61,990 nt of DNA from Dehalococcoidia bacterium (GCA_034430415.1 DAOUEN010000069.1:1-61990); one strand, 5' to 3'; shown: positions 47,268-58,088, counted from the stretch's first letter. Notes: generated from the sequence alone by a model not told the origin. Numbers and translations are program-made.

Positions 47268-49670
47268 ATGAAAGCTCCGCTTAGGTGGCTCAAGGACTAC
47301 GTTGACATCAGCATTGCTCCCAAGGAGCTGGCTGAAAGGCTGACCATGTCAGGTATCGAGGTGAAGGGCATACAGGTCATTGGCGGCGCGTGGGAAAACG
47401 TGACAGTAGGCGAAGTGATAGCTGTTGACTCACATCCCAATGCAGACAGACTATGGTTAGCTACAGTGGGCCTTGGCACACAACAGATGACGGTGATCTG
47501 CGGCGCCCCCAACATCCATGCCGGCCAGAAAGTACCCTTTGCCCGTGAGGGAGCCAGACTCATAGACGGTCACACCGGAGAACGGGCTACACTAAAGCCA
47601 GTCAAAATCCGTGGCGTTCTCTCCGCAGGCATGGTCTGCTCAGAGAAGGAACTCGGGATTTCCAGCGTCCACGAGAGCATCATGATCCTGCCAGACGAAG
47701 CGCCTGTGGGTGTGCCGCTTGGCGAATACCTGGGCGACACGATTCTAGACCTAGACATAACCCCAAATCGTCCGGACTGCCTATCCATAATTGGAATTGC
47801 ACGGGAGGTTGCTGCCGTCACCGGACAGACAGTCCACCTGCCCGAGATTCACTATGACGAGAGTGAACCCTCAATAGGCTCCTTGATCTCAGTCGACATA
47901 GACGAGCCAAAGCTATGCCCCAGATACTGCGCCAGTCTGATTACAGGAATCAGCATAGAATCCTCTCCCAGTTGGCTGCAGCAGCGGCTGAACAGCTGTG
48001 GTATGCGCCCTATCAATAACATTGTGGATGTGACCAACTACGTGATGCTGGAATACGGACAGCCTCTTCATGCCTTCGACTATCACAAACTGAGAGGCAA
48101 ACAGGTCATCGTCCGCCGGGGCAGAGACGCAGAACCCATAACCACCATTGATGGTGCAGGACGCGTCCTCGACCAGAGTACGCTGGTCATCGCTGACAGA
48201 GACAGGGCCGTCGCCGTTGCTGGAATCATGGGAGGCATGGACACCGAGGTCACGGGCGAAACGGATACGGTCCTTCTGGAATCAGCGAATTTCGATCATG
48301 CCATCATTCGCCAAGGGTCCCAGCGTCTTGGCCTGCAAAGCGAAGCTTCGGTTCGCTTCGATAAAGGTCTGAGCCCAGAGTTACCGTTCGAGGCATTGAG
48401 GCGAGCCACCCAGCTATTGCTGGAGTTAAGTGGTGGTAGGGCATCCAGCGGCATAGTCGATGCGTATCCCGGGAAGGCGGAGCGAAAACCCATCCTGCTT
48501 CGAACGCGCGAAGTGAAGCGGCTTTCAGGCTTGCAGGTCAGCGCCACCGCCATGACTCGGGTACTGAAATCCTTAGGTTTTCTCTGTGGAGCAACGGATT
48601 CGCCTTCGCAGTTCTCTGTAGTTGCCCCTTACTGGCGGAGCGACATTAGCTGTGCTGCTGACCTGGTCGAAGAGGTAGCCCGCGTCGTTGGCTACGATGA
48701 GGTGCCTGCTACTAGGCTCGCTTTCTCCTTGCCTGCGCAGGAGCCAAGTCCGATGCTCGACTTCAAGAAAAGGCTGAGAAACATACTGGTGAGCTGTGGC
48801 TTTCAAGAGGTACTCACGTACTCCCTGGTCAGTATGGAGAAACTGCGGAAGCTCTCTCCACATCTTCAGCTAAGCGCTAGTCCCTTGAAGATAGTGAATC
48901 CCATGACACACGAACAGGAATACCTGCGAACCACGCTGCGAGCCAATGTCTTGGCAACTCTAGCGAACAACCAGAAACGTGAAGAGAACGGCATGAGAGT
49001 ATTCGAAATAGGCAGGGTCTTCTTGCCTCGAGGAAAGGATCTGCCCAGAGAGAAGGAGATGCTTTGCGCTGCACTCAGTGGTTCAAGGAGCAGACTATCC
49101 TGGCACGGTGACAAGCAGTTGCTCGACTTCTTTGATGCCAAGGGAGCAGTAGAGAACCTGATGAGCCAGCTAGGAAGAGAGGTGGACTTCGAGGCCAAGG
49201 ACAACGATGGCTTCGTCCAGGGAAGAGCAGTTGACATACTGGTAGCTGAGGAGAAAATAGGCACCATTGGTGAAGTACACCCAAAGGTGGCTCAAGCCTT
49301 CGACCTCTCTGGCAGCGTTTCTGTTGTCGAGATTTACCTGGAAGAACTGCTGGGCAAGGCAACTGCAGTGAAGCGATATCAACCGATCCCGCGTTTTCCC
49401 AGCGTTACCAGAGACATTGCCTTGTTAGTGGATGCGCCGACAACCTTCAAGCAGGTGAGGCAAGTAATCCATAGCTTCGCACTCGCAAGAAAGGTGGTTC
49501 TCTTTGACGTTTATTCCGGCCAGCAGATAACCGAAGACAAGAAATCCTTTGCCGTGAGGATAATCTACCAGTCGGCGACTCATACGCTAACTGATGAAGA
49601 GGTTGACAAGACCCAAGACCAGATGCTTGCTAGGCTACGCCAGGAACTAGGGGCAACCCTGCGAAGCTAG
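47268..49670 (+). CDS. pheT: phenylalanine--tRNA ligase beta subunit
   Basis: N-terminal tRNA-binding OB (HPNADRL), B3/4, B5 and FDX-ACB domains. 800 aa. Confidence 0.95.
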   Translation: MKAPLRWLKDYVDISIAPKELAERLTMSGIEVKGIQVIGGAWENVTVGEVIAVDSHPNADRLWLATVGLGTQQMTVICGAPNIHAGQKVPFAREGARLIDGHTGERATLKPVKIRGVLSAGMVCSEKELGISSVHESIMILPDEAPVGVPLGEYLGDTILDLDITPNRPDCLSIIGIAREVAAVTGQTVHLPEIHYDESEPSIGSLISVDIDEPKLCPRYCASLITGISIESSPSWLQQRLNSCGMRPINNIVDVTNYVMLEYGQPLHAFDYHKLRGKQVIVRRGRDAEPITTIDGAGRVLDQSTLVIADRDRAVAVAGIMGGMDTEVTGETDTVLLESANFDHAIIRQGSQRLGLQSEASVRFDKGLSPELPFEALRRATQLLLELSGGRASSGIVDAYPGKAERKPILLRTREVKRLSGLQVSATAMTRVLKSLGFLCGATDSPSQFSVVAPYWRSDISCAADLVEEVARVVGYDEVPATRLAFSLPAQEPSPMLDFKKRLRNILVSCGFQEVLTYSLVSMEKLRKLSPHLQLSASPLKIVNPMTHEQEYLRTTLRANVLATLANNQKREENGMRVFEIGRVFLPRGKDLPREKEMLCAALSGSRSRLSWHGDKQLLDFFDAKGAVENLMSQLGREVDFEAKDNDGFVQGRAVDILVAEEKIGTIGEVHPKVAQAFDLSGSVSVVEIYLEELLGKATAVKRYQPIPRFPSVTRDIALLVDAPTTFKQVRQVIHSFALARKVVLFDVYSGQQITEDKKSFAVRIIYQSATHTLTDEEVDKTQDQMLARLRQELGATLRS

Positions 49671-51374
49671 CCGGTTTCCCAGCAGCGCCTGTATTCTCTC
49701 CGTCAACTCGTCGACGGCCAAGAGTTGGCCTTCTTTCTCAAAGCGCCATTTAGCCTCCGCGCTTTGTTTTTCCAGAGTGCGCGGGCTTACGACTACCCTC
49801 AAAGGTATGCCGAGAAGGTCGGCATCATTGAATTTGACCCCAGCGGACTCGTTGCGGTCGTCGAAAAGCACCTCAAGCTTCCCTTCCACCATCTCCTGAT
49901 ATGCCTCTTCAGCAGCCGATGCGACAATGGGGTCATCCAAATGCAGCGGACAGAGACAGACCTGGTAGGGTGCAGCAGAGAGCGGCCAAATGATACCTTT
50001 GCTGTCATGGTTTTGCTCGATTATTGCTGCCAGAAGACGCCCCAGCCCAATGCCATAGCAACCCATAACAGTAGGTTTGGATTCACCCATCTCATCCAGA
50101 AAGTACGCCTCCATCTTTTCGCTGATAAAGGTACCCAGTTTGAATATGTGTCCCACCTCAATACCGCGAGCCGAGCGTAGCTCCTTCCCACATCTCGGGC
50201 AACCATGTCCAGGCCCTGCCAGAGCAATATCGGCCATGAGGTCAGCCTGAAAGTCCCTAGGGTAGTTAGCATTCATCAGGTGAAATCCTGCTTTGTTGGC
50301 ACCAACGATGAAATTTGACCCCAGAGTAACCGAGTCGTCAGCGATCACTCTGATTCCTGCCAACCCTACAGGCGACGCAAAGCCGGCTACCATACCTGCG
50401 CCCGTTACCTCATCTTCTGTAGCCAGTCTAAGCTCAGTCCCCTTCAACGCATTCCTCAACTTCGTTTCATTCACCTCCAGGTCGCCTCTGATGACAGCGA
50501 AAACAAACTCTCCAGCCGCAGAATAGAAGACAGCTTTGAGGGTCTGACTTGCCGGCACTCCGACGAATTCGGCCACTTGTTCTATGGTCTGGCAACCGGG
50601 AGTAGCTATCTCAGCTAGAGGCAGCTCAGTGCCCGCTCCGCTCGTCGCCGCAGCTTTGGCGCTTTGCGCTCTCTCCGCGTTGGCAGCATAGTCACAATTA
50701 GAGCAATAGATGACCTCATCCTCACCGTTTTCCGTGATAACCATGAACTCATGCGATGCTTTGCCACCTATAGCACCGCTATCAGCTTCCACCATCAATG
50801 CTGGCAAGCCCAGGCGAGCGTAGATATTCCTGTATGCCTGAGCCATTCTCTCGTAGCTCTTCTCCAGAGCAGCTTCGTCAGTATCAAAGCTATACAGATC
50901 CTTCATTATAAACTCGCGAACTCTCAGCAGCCCGCCACGAGGGCGAGGCTCGTCGCGAAATTTGGTCTGTATCTGATATAGCAGCAAAGGTAGGTCGCGA
51001 TAGCTCTGTACATGTCTGTGAACCAGATCAGTGACAACTTCCTCATGGGTAGGCCCAAGTGCCAGTCTGTGTTCCTTACGGTCAGTCAAAGTGAATAGAG
51101 ATGCGCCGAAGGAGACATAACGTCCTGATTGCTGCCACAATTCAATAGGCTGTAACACCGGCAGCATTAGTTCTTGCCCTCCCACCCTATCCATTTCCTC
51201 TCTGATTACCTGTTCAATCCGTTTGAGCACTTTCCAGCCTAGAGGCAAATACGAATAGACTCCAGCAGACAATTGGTCAATCATGCCACTTCTTAGAAGC
51301 AGTTGATGACTGATGCTATCCGCTTCGCCAGGTGCTTGCCGTAGAGTCTTGCCGAATAGCCTAGAGAACCGCAT
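49647..51374 (-). CDS. proS: proline--tRNA ligase (bacterial type with INS editing domain)
   Basis: FRDE.RPR.GL.R.REF motif 2. Internal insertion domain of about 180 aa. 575 aa. Confidence 0.95.
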   Translation of the reverse strand: MRFSRLFGKTLRQAPGEADSISHQLLLRSGMIDQLSAGVYSYLPLGWKVLKRIEQVIREEMDRVGGQELMLPVLQPIELWQQSGRYVSFGASLFTLTDRKEHRLALGPTHEEVVTDLVHRHVQSYRDLPLLLYQIQTKFRDEPRPRGGLLRVREFIMKDLYSFDTDEAALEKSYERMAQAYRNIYARLGLPALMVEADSGAIGGKASHEFMVITENGEDEVIYCSNCDYAANAERAQSAKAAATSGAGTELPLAEIATPGCQTIEQVAEFVGVPASQTLKAVFYSAAGEFVFAVIRGDLEVNETKLRNALKGTELRLATEDEVTGAGMVAGFASPVGLAGIRVIADDSVTLGSNFIVGANKAGFHLMNANYPRDFQADLMADIALAGPGHGCPRCGKELRSARGIEVGHIFKLGTFISEKMEAYFLDEMGESKPTVMGCYGIGLGRLLAAIIEQNHDSKGIIWPLSAAPYQVCLCPLHLDDPIVASAAEEAYQEMVEGKLEVLFDDRNESAGVKFNDADLLGIPLRVVVSPRTLEKQSAEAKWRFEKEGQLLAVDELTERIQALLGNRLASQGCP

Positions 51375-51384
51375 TTTTCACCTC

Positions 51385-52455
51385 TTACTCGTGCTCTGCA
51401 GCCTCAAGAGACAGGGCAGTGACCTCTGCCATCAGGGTTTCCAGCAAGTCCTCTTCAGGCACTGTACCCACCACCTTTCCACTCCTGAATATGGCCCCCT
51501 TACCTTTACCACCGGCGACACCCACATCAGCGTCTCTCGCTTCGCCGGGTCCATTGACCACGCAGCCCATGACCGCCACCTTAAGCGGCGTGTTCACCTT
51601 CTCAAGATACCTGCCTACTTTGTTGGCCAGTGCCGTGACGTCAATCTCGGCACGGCCACACGAGGGACAACTCACCAGGGTAGGTCCCCGCTGGCGAAGG
51701 CCTAGGCTCTTCAGTATCTCATAAGCAGCGAACACCTCTTCTGCGGGCGGCGCACTCAGAGACACCCGTACCGTGTCGCCAATCCCTTGGTGCAACAGAA
51801 TGCCGATACCCACAGCGCTCCGTATGGCCCCAGCTTGAGCAAGTCCGGCTTCAGTGATACCCAAGTGCAGGGGATAAGAAATTCTATCGGCAATCAGCCG
51901 ATAGGCCTGGACGGTAGTGAGCACATCAAACGCTTTGAGGGAAACCTTGATCAGATTGAAGTCAAGGCTCTCCAGAAGCTCTATCTGCTGCAATGCGATA
52001 TTCACCATCCGTTCAGTCAGCGGAGCAGCGGGCTGGAAATTTGCTGGCACACTGCCACCGTTCACTCCAATTCGAATGGGGACTCCCCTTTCTTTAGCAG
52101 TAGTCACCACTTTTGCGATCTGTTCTTGATCGCGGAGGTTGCCGGGATTAAGTCTAAGGCCGTCTGCTCCACTCTGCAACGCAGCCAGAGCCAAGCGATA
52201 GTCGAAGTGGATATCAGCTACCAGGGGTATAGAGATACCCTTCTTGATCGATGAGATACTCGCGGCAGCCTGTTCATCTGGAATGGCCACTCGCACTATC
52301 TCGCAACCGCAATCCTCCAGATCTCTGATCTGGCTTGCAGTGGCATGGACATCCCGGGTATCAGTTTTGGCCATAGACTGCACCACAACTGGCGCATTAC
52401 CGCCCACAGTCACATCTCCAAGCATCAACGGTATTGAGACCCGCCGCTGGATCAT
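51385..52455 (-). CDS. ispG: 4-hydroxy-3-methylbut-2-en-1-yl diphosphate synthase
   Basis: VVQSM..TDT, IRIGVN.GS, and the CPSCGR plus GCVVNGPGE Fe-S cysteines. Confidence 0.95.
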   Translation of the reverse strand: MIQRRVSIPLMLGDVTVGGNAPVVVQSMAKTDTRDVHATASQIRDLEDCGCEIVRVAIPDEQAAASISSIKKGISIPLVADIHFDYRLALAALQSGADGLRLNPGNLRDQEQIAKVVTTAKERGVPIRIGVNGGSVPANFQPAAPLTERMVNIALQQIELLESLDFNLIKVSLKAFDVLTTVQAYRLIADRISYPLHLGITEAGLAQAGAIRSAVGIGILLHQGIGDTVRVSLSAPPAEEVFAAYEILKSLGLRQRGPTLVSCPSCGRAEIDVTALANKVGRYLEKVNTPLKVAVMGCVVNGPGEARDADVGVAGGKGKGAIFRSGKVVGTVPEEDLLETLMAEVTALSLEAAEHE

Positions 52456-53768
52456 AGTCCAAAGCTCCCGCCCGTAATTATGCGCAGAAGATCACTATAG
52501 GTTACCAAGACCATAAGACTGATTAAGAAAGTAGTGCCTATGGTGTACGCCAAGTGCAGCATACGAGGGGATAGACGCTTCCCTCGGCGAGTGCGCTCGA
52601 CAAGTGCAACCAGTATCCCTGCTCCATCCAGGGGGGGGACAGGCAGAAAGTTGAACAGGGCAATACCCAGACTGATAATGCCTGCCATATACACCACATT
52701 GCTTGGACCAAAAGACCGGACAGCCTCTACGGTTAGCTGCCCCGCACCTATCGGTCCAACAAGCGCTTTCCCGGGATCCTCTCTTATCAAGGGGATCGAA
52801 GCCACTATCATGCTAGGCATGTCAATAATGAAGCTGCCTGCCAGGTGGCTCGCCCTGATAAGGGGGAGGCGGACTTGCTCAATATGGGCCACATCCACCC
52901 AAAGCAACTCCATACCCATTACTCCGAGAGCAGATGTCGGCTCTTTAATGATGTTGGCGATGACTTTTTCTCGCTGCCTGAACGCTGTGAAACTTATCTC
53001 CTCCCCCATTCCAACGGAGGCCAGAACATCTGACATAACCTCCTCGCTATACACGATTTGCCCATTCACACTCAGAATGGTATCTCCCGGCTTGAGACCG
53101 GCCTCATCAACAGCAGAACCAATCTCTATCTCACTCACCAAATTACGACACAGTGTAACGCCTATCGCTCGACGCCCCAGGTCAGCATCGAACTCAGGCA
53201 CCAGACTAACCTCCCTTCGTATTCCATTTGTTTCAAGAGCTAAGGTTATTTCCTCTCCTTCCTTGCGGGAGCTTATCCTGCCCTGTATATCACCCCATTT
53301 ACGAATAGGCTCGCCATCCGCTTCCAGAATCAGGTCTCCTGACCCAATGCCCGCTTCCTCCGCCGGCGAGTTCTCCGCCACCTGATACACCATAACCCCA
53401 TTGCCAACTATCACGTCTTCCGGCAACGTGAAAAATGCGCTAAGCAGAACAAAGGCCAGAAGGATGTTGGCCACAGGACCTGCAGCATAGACGACCAGCC
53501 GTGCCCACGAGCCCTTGCTGGCTAGACTTCCTGGCACGGCAGGGTCATCCTCCGCAACTGACCTGACGAAGGCTCCCACAGGTATGGCGTTGAGCGAGTA
53601 CACTGTCTCTCCCCGTCTGATTGCCAGAAGCCGCGGAGGAAACCCCAAACCGAATTCCTCGACTTTCACGCCTGTACGCTTGGCAGCGATGAAGTGCCCC
53701 AGTTCGTGCACGAACACTACAAGAAGCAGAGTCACAACAAAGAAGGCGATCACAGTGATGACATTCAT
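52452..53768 (-). CDS. rseP: RIP site-2 metalloprotease RseP (M50) with PDZ domains
   Basis: HELGHF zinc motif, two PDZ-like segments, C-terminal NFLP.PPLDG. Confidence 0.92.
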   Translation of the reverse strand: MNVITVIAFFVVTLLLVVFVHELGHFIAAKRTGVKVEEFGLGFPPRLLAIRRGETVYSLNAIPVGAFVRSVAEDDPAVPGSLASKGSWARLVVYAAGPVANILLAFVLLSAFFTLPEDVIVGNGVMVYQVAENSPAEEAGIGSGDLILEADGEPIRKWGDIQGRISSRKEGEEITLALETNGIRREVSLVPEFDADLGRRAIGVTLCRNLVSEIEIGSAVDEAGLKPGDTILSVNGQIVYSEEVMSDVLASVGMGEEISFTAFRQREKVIANIIKEPTSALGVMGMELLWVDVAHIEQVRLPLIRASHLAGSFIIDMPSMIVASIPLIREDPGKALVGPIGAGQLTVEAVRSFGPSNVVYMAGIISLGIALFNFLPVPPLDGAGILVALVERTRRGKRLSPRMLHLAYTIGTTFLISLMVLVTYSDLLRIITGGSFGL

Positions 53769-53771
53769 CTT

Positions 53772-54971
53772 CTATTCAGCTACCTCCAGGCGCTTTCGGC
53801 GCGACCCGTCGTTCCGCTCGATGCAGCCTGAGCGACAACGGCCAGAAACAGACATGGCATGCTTCCTCGCCCAAACGTCGGCAGACATAATGTCATCCAT
53901 AGAGGGGTTGTCTGTACTTTGATGGCTTCCCAACACTTCCTCCACCAGAGCAGCAATGTCAACAAAACGGATGCGGTGTGAGAGAAACAGCTCCACCGCG
54001 GTTTCATCAGCAGCGCATAGTGCAGCAGGGTATGTGCCTCCCAGTTTGCCTGCATACAGGGCCAGCCTGAGGCAGGGAAATCTGTCGATGTCGACTGGTT
54101 CGAAACTGAGATGCTGGATTTTGCCAAGATCGACGCGTGGCAATCCGGGATTGGGCAACCTGCCGGGAAAGCAAATGGCATACTGGATAGGCAACCTCAT
54201 ATCGGGACACGCGAGTTGTGCTTTCACCGAGCCGTCGATGAATTCCACCATCGAGTGAATAACAGATTGAGGATGGATCAATATCTCTATGTCCTCCAAG
54301 GGAACAGTAAAAAGCCAACGCGCCTCGATTACTTCCAAGCCCTTATTCATCAACGTTGATGAATCGATTGTCACTTTTCTCCCCATCCTCCAAACAGGGT
54401 GTTGGAGAGCCCGCTCTACCGTCACTTGAGCCAACTCTGCCTGAGAATAGGAATAGAAAGGTCCTCCGGAGGCAGTCAGGTACAGCTTCCGGATATTATT
54501 CCTTTCTCCTCGCAGGCATTGCCAGATAGCACTATGTTCGCTATCAATCGGCAGGATCGTTGCCCCGTGACGTCTAGCCTCCCGGACAATGATTTCGCCC
54601 GCCGCCACCAGCACCTCTTTGTTAGCCAGAGCCAGTGTCTTTCCCGCCCTCAAAGCTGCTAGGGTGGGATACAATCCTGCTTTTCCAGACGTGGCCATGA
54701 TGACCAAATCAACCTCAGGGTGACTGGCCATATCCTCCATGGACAAGAACTCCATTTCCTGGCCAATTCCAGCCTCGACTGCCGAGTAGTACATCCTGGG
54801 ATGGAATTCTCTGATCTGCTTGACAAGAAGCCCGGTGTTTCTGCCTCCTGCCAGAGCTACTACTTGAAACCTCCCCTTGAAAGCACGGATAACATCCAGA
54901 GCTTGCTGCCCGATGGAGCCTGTCGAGCCAAGGATAGCTACTCTCTTTATCCTATGACCCATACCACGCAA
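53772..54971 (-). CDS. dxr: 1-deoxy-D-xylulose 5-phosphate reductoisomerase
   Basis: ILGSTGSIG NADPH loop, LANKE, DSEHSA, and HP..VIHS. Confidence 0.95.
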   Translation of the reverse strand: MRGMGHRIKRVAILGSTGSIGQQALDVIRAFKGRFQVVALAGGRNTGLLVKQIREFHPRMYYSAVEAGIGQEMEFLSMEDMASHPEVDLVIMATSGKAGLYPTLAALRAGKTLALANKEVLVAAGEIIVREARRHGATILPIDSEHSAIWQCLRGERNNIRKLYLTASGGPFYSYSQAELAQVTVERALQHPVWRMGRKVTIDSSTLMNKGLEVIEARWLFTVPLEDIEILIHPQSVIHSMVEFIDGSVKAQLACPDMRLPIQYAICFPGRLPNPGLPRVDLGKIQHLSFEPVDIDRFPCLRLALYAGKLGGTYPAALCAADETAVELFLSHRIRFVDIAALVEEVLGSHQSTDNPSMDDIMSADVWARKHAMSVSGRCRSGCIERNDGSRRKRLEVAE

Positions 54972-55756
54972 TAGTATACCACCACCCCTACGAAGATGAG
55001 ACCGTCGAACCGGTCAAGAACACCACCGTGTCCCGGAAGCAGCTTGCCTGATTCCTTCACTCCAGCGTTGCGCTTCAGCAGGGACTCCACCAGGTCGCCA
55101 CCCTGAGCAGAGAGGCCAACAAGGCAGGCTAGGACAATGACCTGCCAGCACTCAGCGCCTATGGAAGAAAAGAGAGCAGGGACCCCAGATACTGCAGTGG
55201 CGACTGCAATAGTACTCAACAAGCCTCCACCAACCCCCTCCCAGGTCTTGCCCGGGCTTATGGTTGGAGCCAAGCGATGCCTACCCCATGCTCCACCGAC
55301 GAAGAAGGCGCCTGTATCATAAGCGAACGTAGCGAGCATGGCCAGGCAGACCCACTCTCTCCCATTTGCCAGCATGCTCAAGCGAAGCCAATAGCTGAGC
55401 ATCCATCCCACGTAGAGAACACCAGCCACTACCCATGCCCAGTCACGAAATGCCTCCTCTCGAGGCAGCAGGCGCAGCATCCCCACCAGAGAAACCACTA
55501 TGGCGCTTGCCATGACTGCGGACAGGACAGCGGCGTCCTCGTAGTGAGGGCTTAGAGCAACAGCCAATGCCCACATAAGGCCAAGACAGGTCAGAAAACG
55601 CCTACGGGCCAGGCTAGCAGACATGTGGTAGAACTCGAGCGTGCCGACGAGGGTCACCGCAGCAATGAAGAAGCTAAACCAGGGATGACCAAGCCAGATG
55701 AGGAAAAAGACAACGGCGGCGCCCATAGCGCCAGTGATGATCCTTCGTTTGAGCAC
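54947..55756 (-). CDS. cdsA: phosphatidate cytidylyltransferase
   Basis: Polytopic protein with SPGKTWEG and the C-terminal KR..G.KD.G.L.PGHGG.LDR.D signature. Confidence 0.93.
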   Translation of the reverse strand: MLKRRIITGAMGAAVVFFLIWLGHPWFSFFIAAVTLVGTLEFYHMSASLARRRFLTCLGLMWALAVALSPHYEDAAVLSAVMASAIVVSLVGMLRLLPREEAFRDWAWVVAGVLYVGWMLSYWLRLSMLANGREWVCLAMLATFAYDTGAFFVGGAWGRHRLAPTISPGKTWEGVGGGLLSTIAVATAVSGVPALFSSIGAECWQVIVLACLVGLSAQGGDLVESLLKRNAGVKESGKLLPGHGGVLDRFDGLIFVGVVVYYCVVWVIG

Positions 55757-55864
55757 AGCCCAATTGTAACAGGTCTTGAACAGCAGGAGCCGCGGGTTGG
55801 TGTTTCAACGCAGGCTTGGTTTGCTATGGGCGAACAGGAATCAGGTTTGCGGCGAATCCCGAGA

Positions 55865-56422
55865 TCAGAGCTCCCTTATCTCCTTCTCTTTGGCCTTGCC
55901 TATCTCATTTGCCTTGTCTATGAAGCTCTCGCCAATCTCGTCGACATGCTTGATCGCATTCGAAAGTTCGTCTTGCGATATCTCCTTGTTCTTCTCCATG
56001 CGCCTCAACTCTGCGATAGTGTTTCGCCTCATGTTGCGCAACGCCACCCGTCTCTCTTCCACCCTCTTGGACACCAGCTTTGCCAGTTCAGCACGACGCT
56101 CTTCGTTGAGAGGGGGAACAGCTATTCGTACAACATTGCCATCATTGGAGGGATTGAAGCCGATATTGGCTTTGAGGATGTCCTTTTCTATGCTCCGCAA
56201 GGAGCTACGTTCCCAAGGCTGAATGACAATCAGATTGAACTCAGGCGCTGACACCGTGGCAATCTGCCTCAACGGCACAGGCGCGCCGTGGTAGTCAACT
56301 ACCACATTCTCCACCAGAGACGGAGTGGCTCGCCCGCTACGGATGCTAGCTAGTTCCCGAGCTAGACCATCAACACTCGTTTCCATCTCTGAGTTCAGTT
56401 CGACGATGATCTTATCTGGCAT
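55865..56422 (-). CDS. frr: ribosome recycling factor
   Basis: L..IR.GRA.P.L...V.VDYHG and PPL.EERR. Confidence 0.95.
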   Translation of the reverse strand: MPDKIIVELNSEMETSVDGLARELASIRSGRATPSLVENVVVDYHGAPVPLRQIATVSAPEFNLIVIQPWERSSLRSIEKDILKANIGFNPSNDGNVVRIAVPPLNEERRAELAKLVSKRVEERRVALRNMRRNTIAELRRMEKNKEISQDELSNAIKHVDEIGESFIDKANEIGKAKEKEIREL

Positions 56423-56454
56423 GATCGGTCCTCAGAGAGGCAGACATCCCCAGG

Positions 56455-56970
56455 CTAGGAGCCGAGTTCAAATCTGGAGAATCTTCGTACCTTTATGTTC
56501 TCACCGGTCCTGGCTATGGCCTCAGTGATTACTTCACCCACGGTTCGGCCAGGCTCCTTGATAAAGGGTTGGAGGAGAAGACAGACCTCCTGCGGATCCA
56601 ATTCCGAATCCACTGGCACTTCCTCCTCAGTGACAAACTGGGGCGAGGCAGCAGCCACCTGCATTGCCAAGTCGTAGCCAATCCGCTTGAACTCATCTGT
56701 CCGAGCTACAAAGTCAGTCTCGCAGTTCAATTCAACTAGAGCCCCGATCTTCCCGTTGTGATGAACATACGCCTCGACTATTCCCTCTCCGGCCATGCGC
56801 TTTCCTGCCTTTTGGGCAGTTGCAAGCCCCAAGCGTCTGAGGAATCCTATAGCTTTCTCTATGTCTCCCTCGGTTTCCAGCAACGCGTTCCTGCAATCGA
56901 GCATCCCGCACCCGGTCCTGTCTCTTATCTCTTTAATGGCCTCGGTTGATACTCTCATCTGAACCACCAC
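56455..56970 (-). CDS. tsf: elongation factor Ts (short form, 171 aa or less)
   Basis: IKEIRDRTGCGMLDCRNAL UBA-like N-terminus and ELNCETDFVART. Lacks the long coiled-coil and duplication of E. coli-type EF-Ts. Confidence 0.92.
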   Translation of the reverse strand: MVVQMRVSTEAIKEIRDRTGCGMLDCRNALLETEGDIEKAIGFLRRLGLATAQKAGKRMAGEGIVEAYVHHNGKIGALVELNCETDFVARTDEFKRIGYDLAMQVAAASPQFVTEEEVPVDSELDPQEVCLLLQPFIKEPGRTVGEVITEAIARTGENIKVRRFSRFELGS

Positions 56971-56975
56971 AAGGG

Positions 56976-57755
56976 CTACTCCTCCGGTTCAAAGGTGTAT
57001 GAACGCAGGATTTCGACAGATTCCTCGGATTCAACAGACGCCAAGCCACCCTCTCCCTCCTCCTCAGAGATCTGCAAGCGCTTGCCTTCGATTGCGGCAT
57101 CAGCCATTCTGGCACAAACTAGCCTTATCGCCTTGATGGCATCATCATTCGCCGGAATGGGATAGTCAATCTCCTCAGGGTTACAATTCGTGTCCACCAT
57201 GGCGACGACAGGAATATCCATCTTCCTTGCCTCAGTCAACGCGATCCTATCTTTTGTGGGGTCAGAAATGAACAGAGCTCTGGGAAGAGCAGTCATCTCC
57301 TTGAAACCCCCCATCTGCTCGTTCAGATGTGCAAGTTTCTTCTCTAACCTGGACCTCTCTTTCTTGGACAAGCGATCGAACTCGCCTTTGTCTTTTCCAT
57401 CCTCCAAACGGACAAGATAGTCGATGCGAGCCTGTATGGTAGCGAAATTGGTGAGCATCCCACCCAGCCAACGCTGGCTGACATAATACATACCGCACCT
57501 CTTCGCCTCTTCTTCCACCACTTGCTGAGCCTGCCTCTTGGTACCCACAAACAGAATGGTTTGTCCCGCGGCTGCCAGATCCCGAACAAAACTACCTGCG
57601 GTATCCAACATCGTAACCGTCTGCTCCAGGTCGATGATGTGTATGCCGTTGCGCTGCGTGAAGATGAATTTCTTCATCTTGGGGTGCCAGTAGCTGGTAT
57701 GGTGACCAAAATGGGCACCTGCTTCCAGAAGCTCTTTGACTGATGGGTTTTCCAC
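56976..57755 (-). CDS. rpsB: 30S ribosomal protein S2
   Basis: LLEAGAHFGH.T..W.PKM, ILFVGTK, and DTNC.P..IDYPIP.NDD. Confidence 0.96.
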   Translation of the reverse strand: MENPSVKELLEAGAHFGHHTSYWHPKMKKFIFTQRNGIHIIDLEQTVTMLDTAGSFVRDLAAAGQTILFVGTKRQAQQVVEEEAKRCGMYYVSQRWLGGMLTNFATIQARIDYLVRLEDGKDKGEFDRLSKKERSRLEKKLAHLNEQMGGFKEMTALPRALFISDPTKDRIALTEARKMDIPVVAMVDTNCNPEEIDYPIPANDDAIKAIRLVCARMADAAIEGKRLQISEEEGEGGLASVESEESVEILRSYTFEPEE

Positions 57756-57891
57756 TAGATCTCCAACCTCAAGTGAACCAAACGGCGAAACCTAGGTAAT
57801 CTAACACAACTAGTACTAGTAGCGCAAGTTTCATTGAAGGCAAGAAAGAGAAGATGTGCTGCAGTAATACTCTGGGGTTACTCACAGCTGC

Positions 57892-57968
57892 TGGCGTCCC
57901 TGGAGGGATTCGAACCCACGACCCGCTGCTTAGAAGGCAGCCGCTCTGTCCAGCTGAGCTACAGGGAC
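57892..57968 (-). tRNA. tRNA-Arg (anticodon TCT), CCA encoded
   Basis: Reverse complement: acceptor GTCCCTG/CAGGGAC, anticodon loop CTTCTAA, T-loop TTCGAAT. Confidence 0.93.
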
Positions 57969-58088
57969 CTGGCCCAAGTATACCATAGCATGGGGCAGGC
58001 AATAGAAATGGAGAGGGCGCTGTCCGTTGCCCCTGGACTTGCGCAACACCCCTATGACCTCCCGCTCTTTCCCAATCCGTCGCATTGC

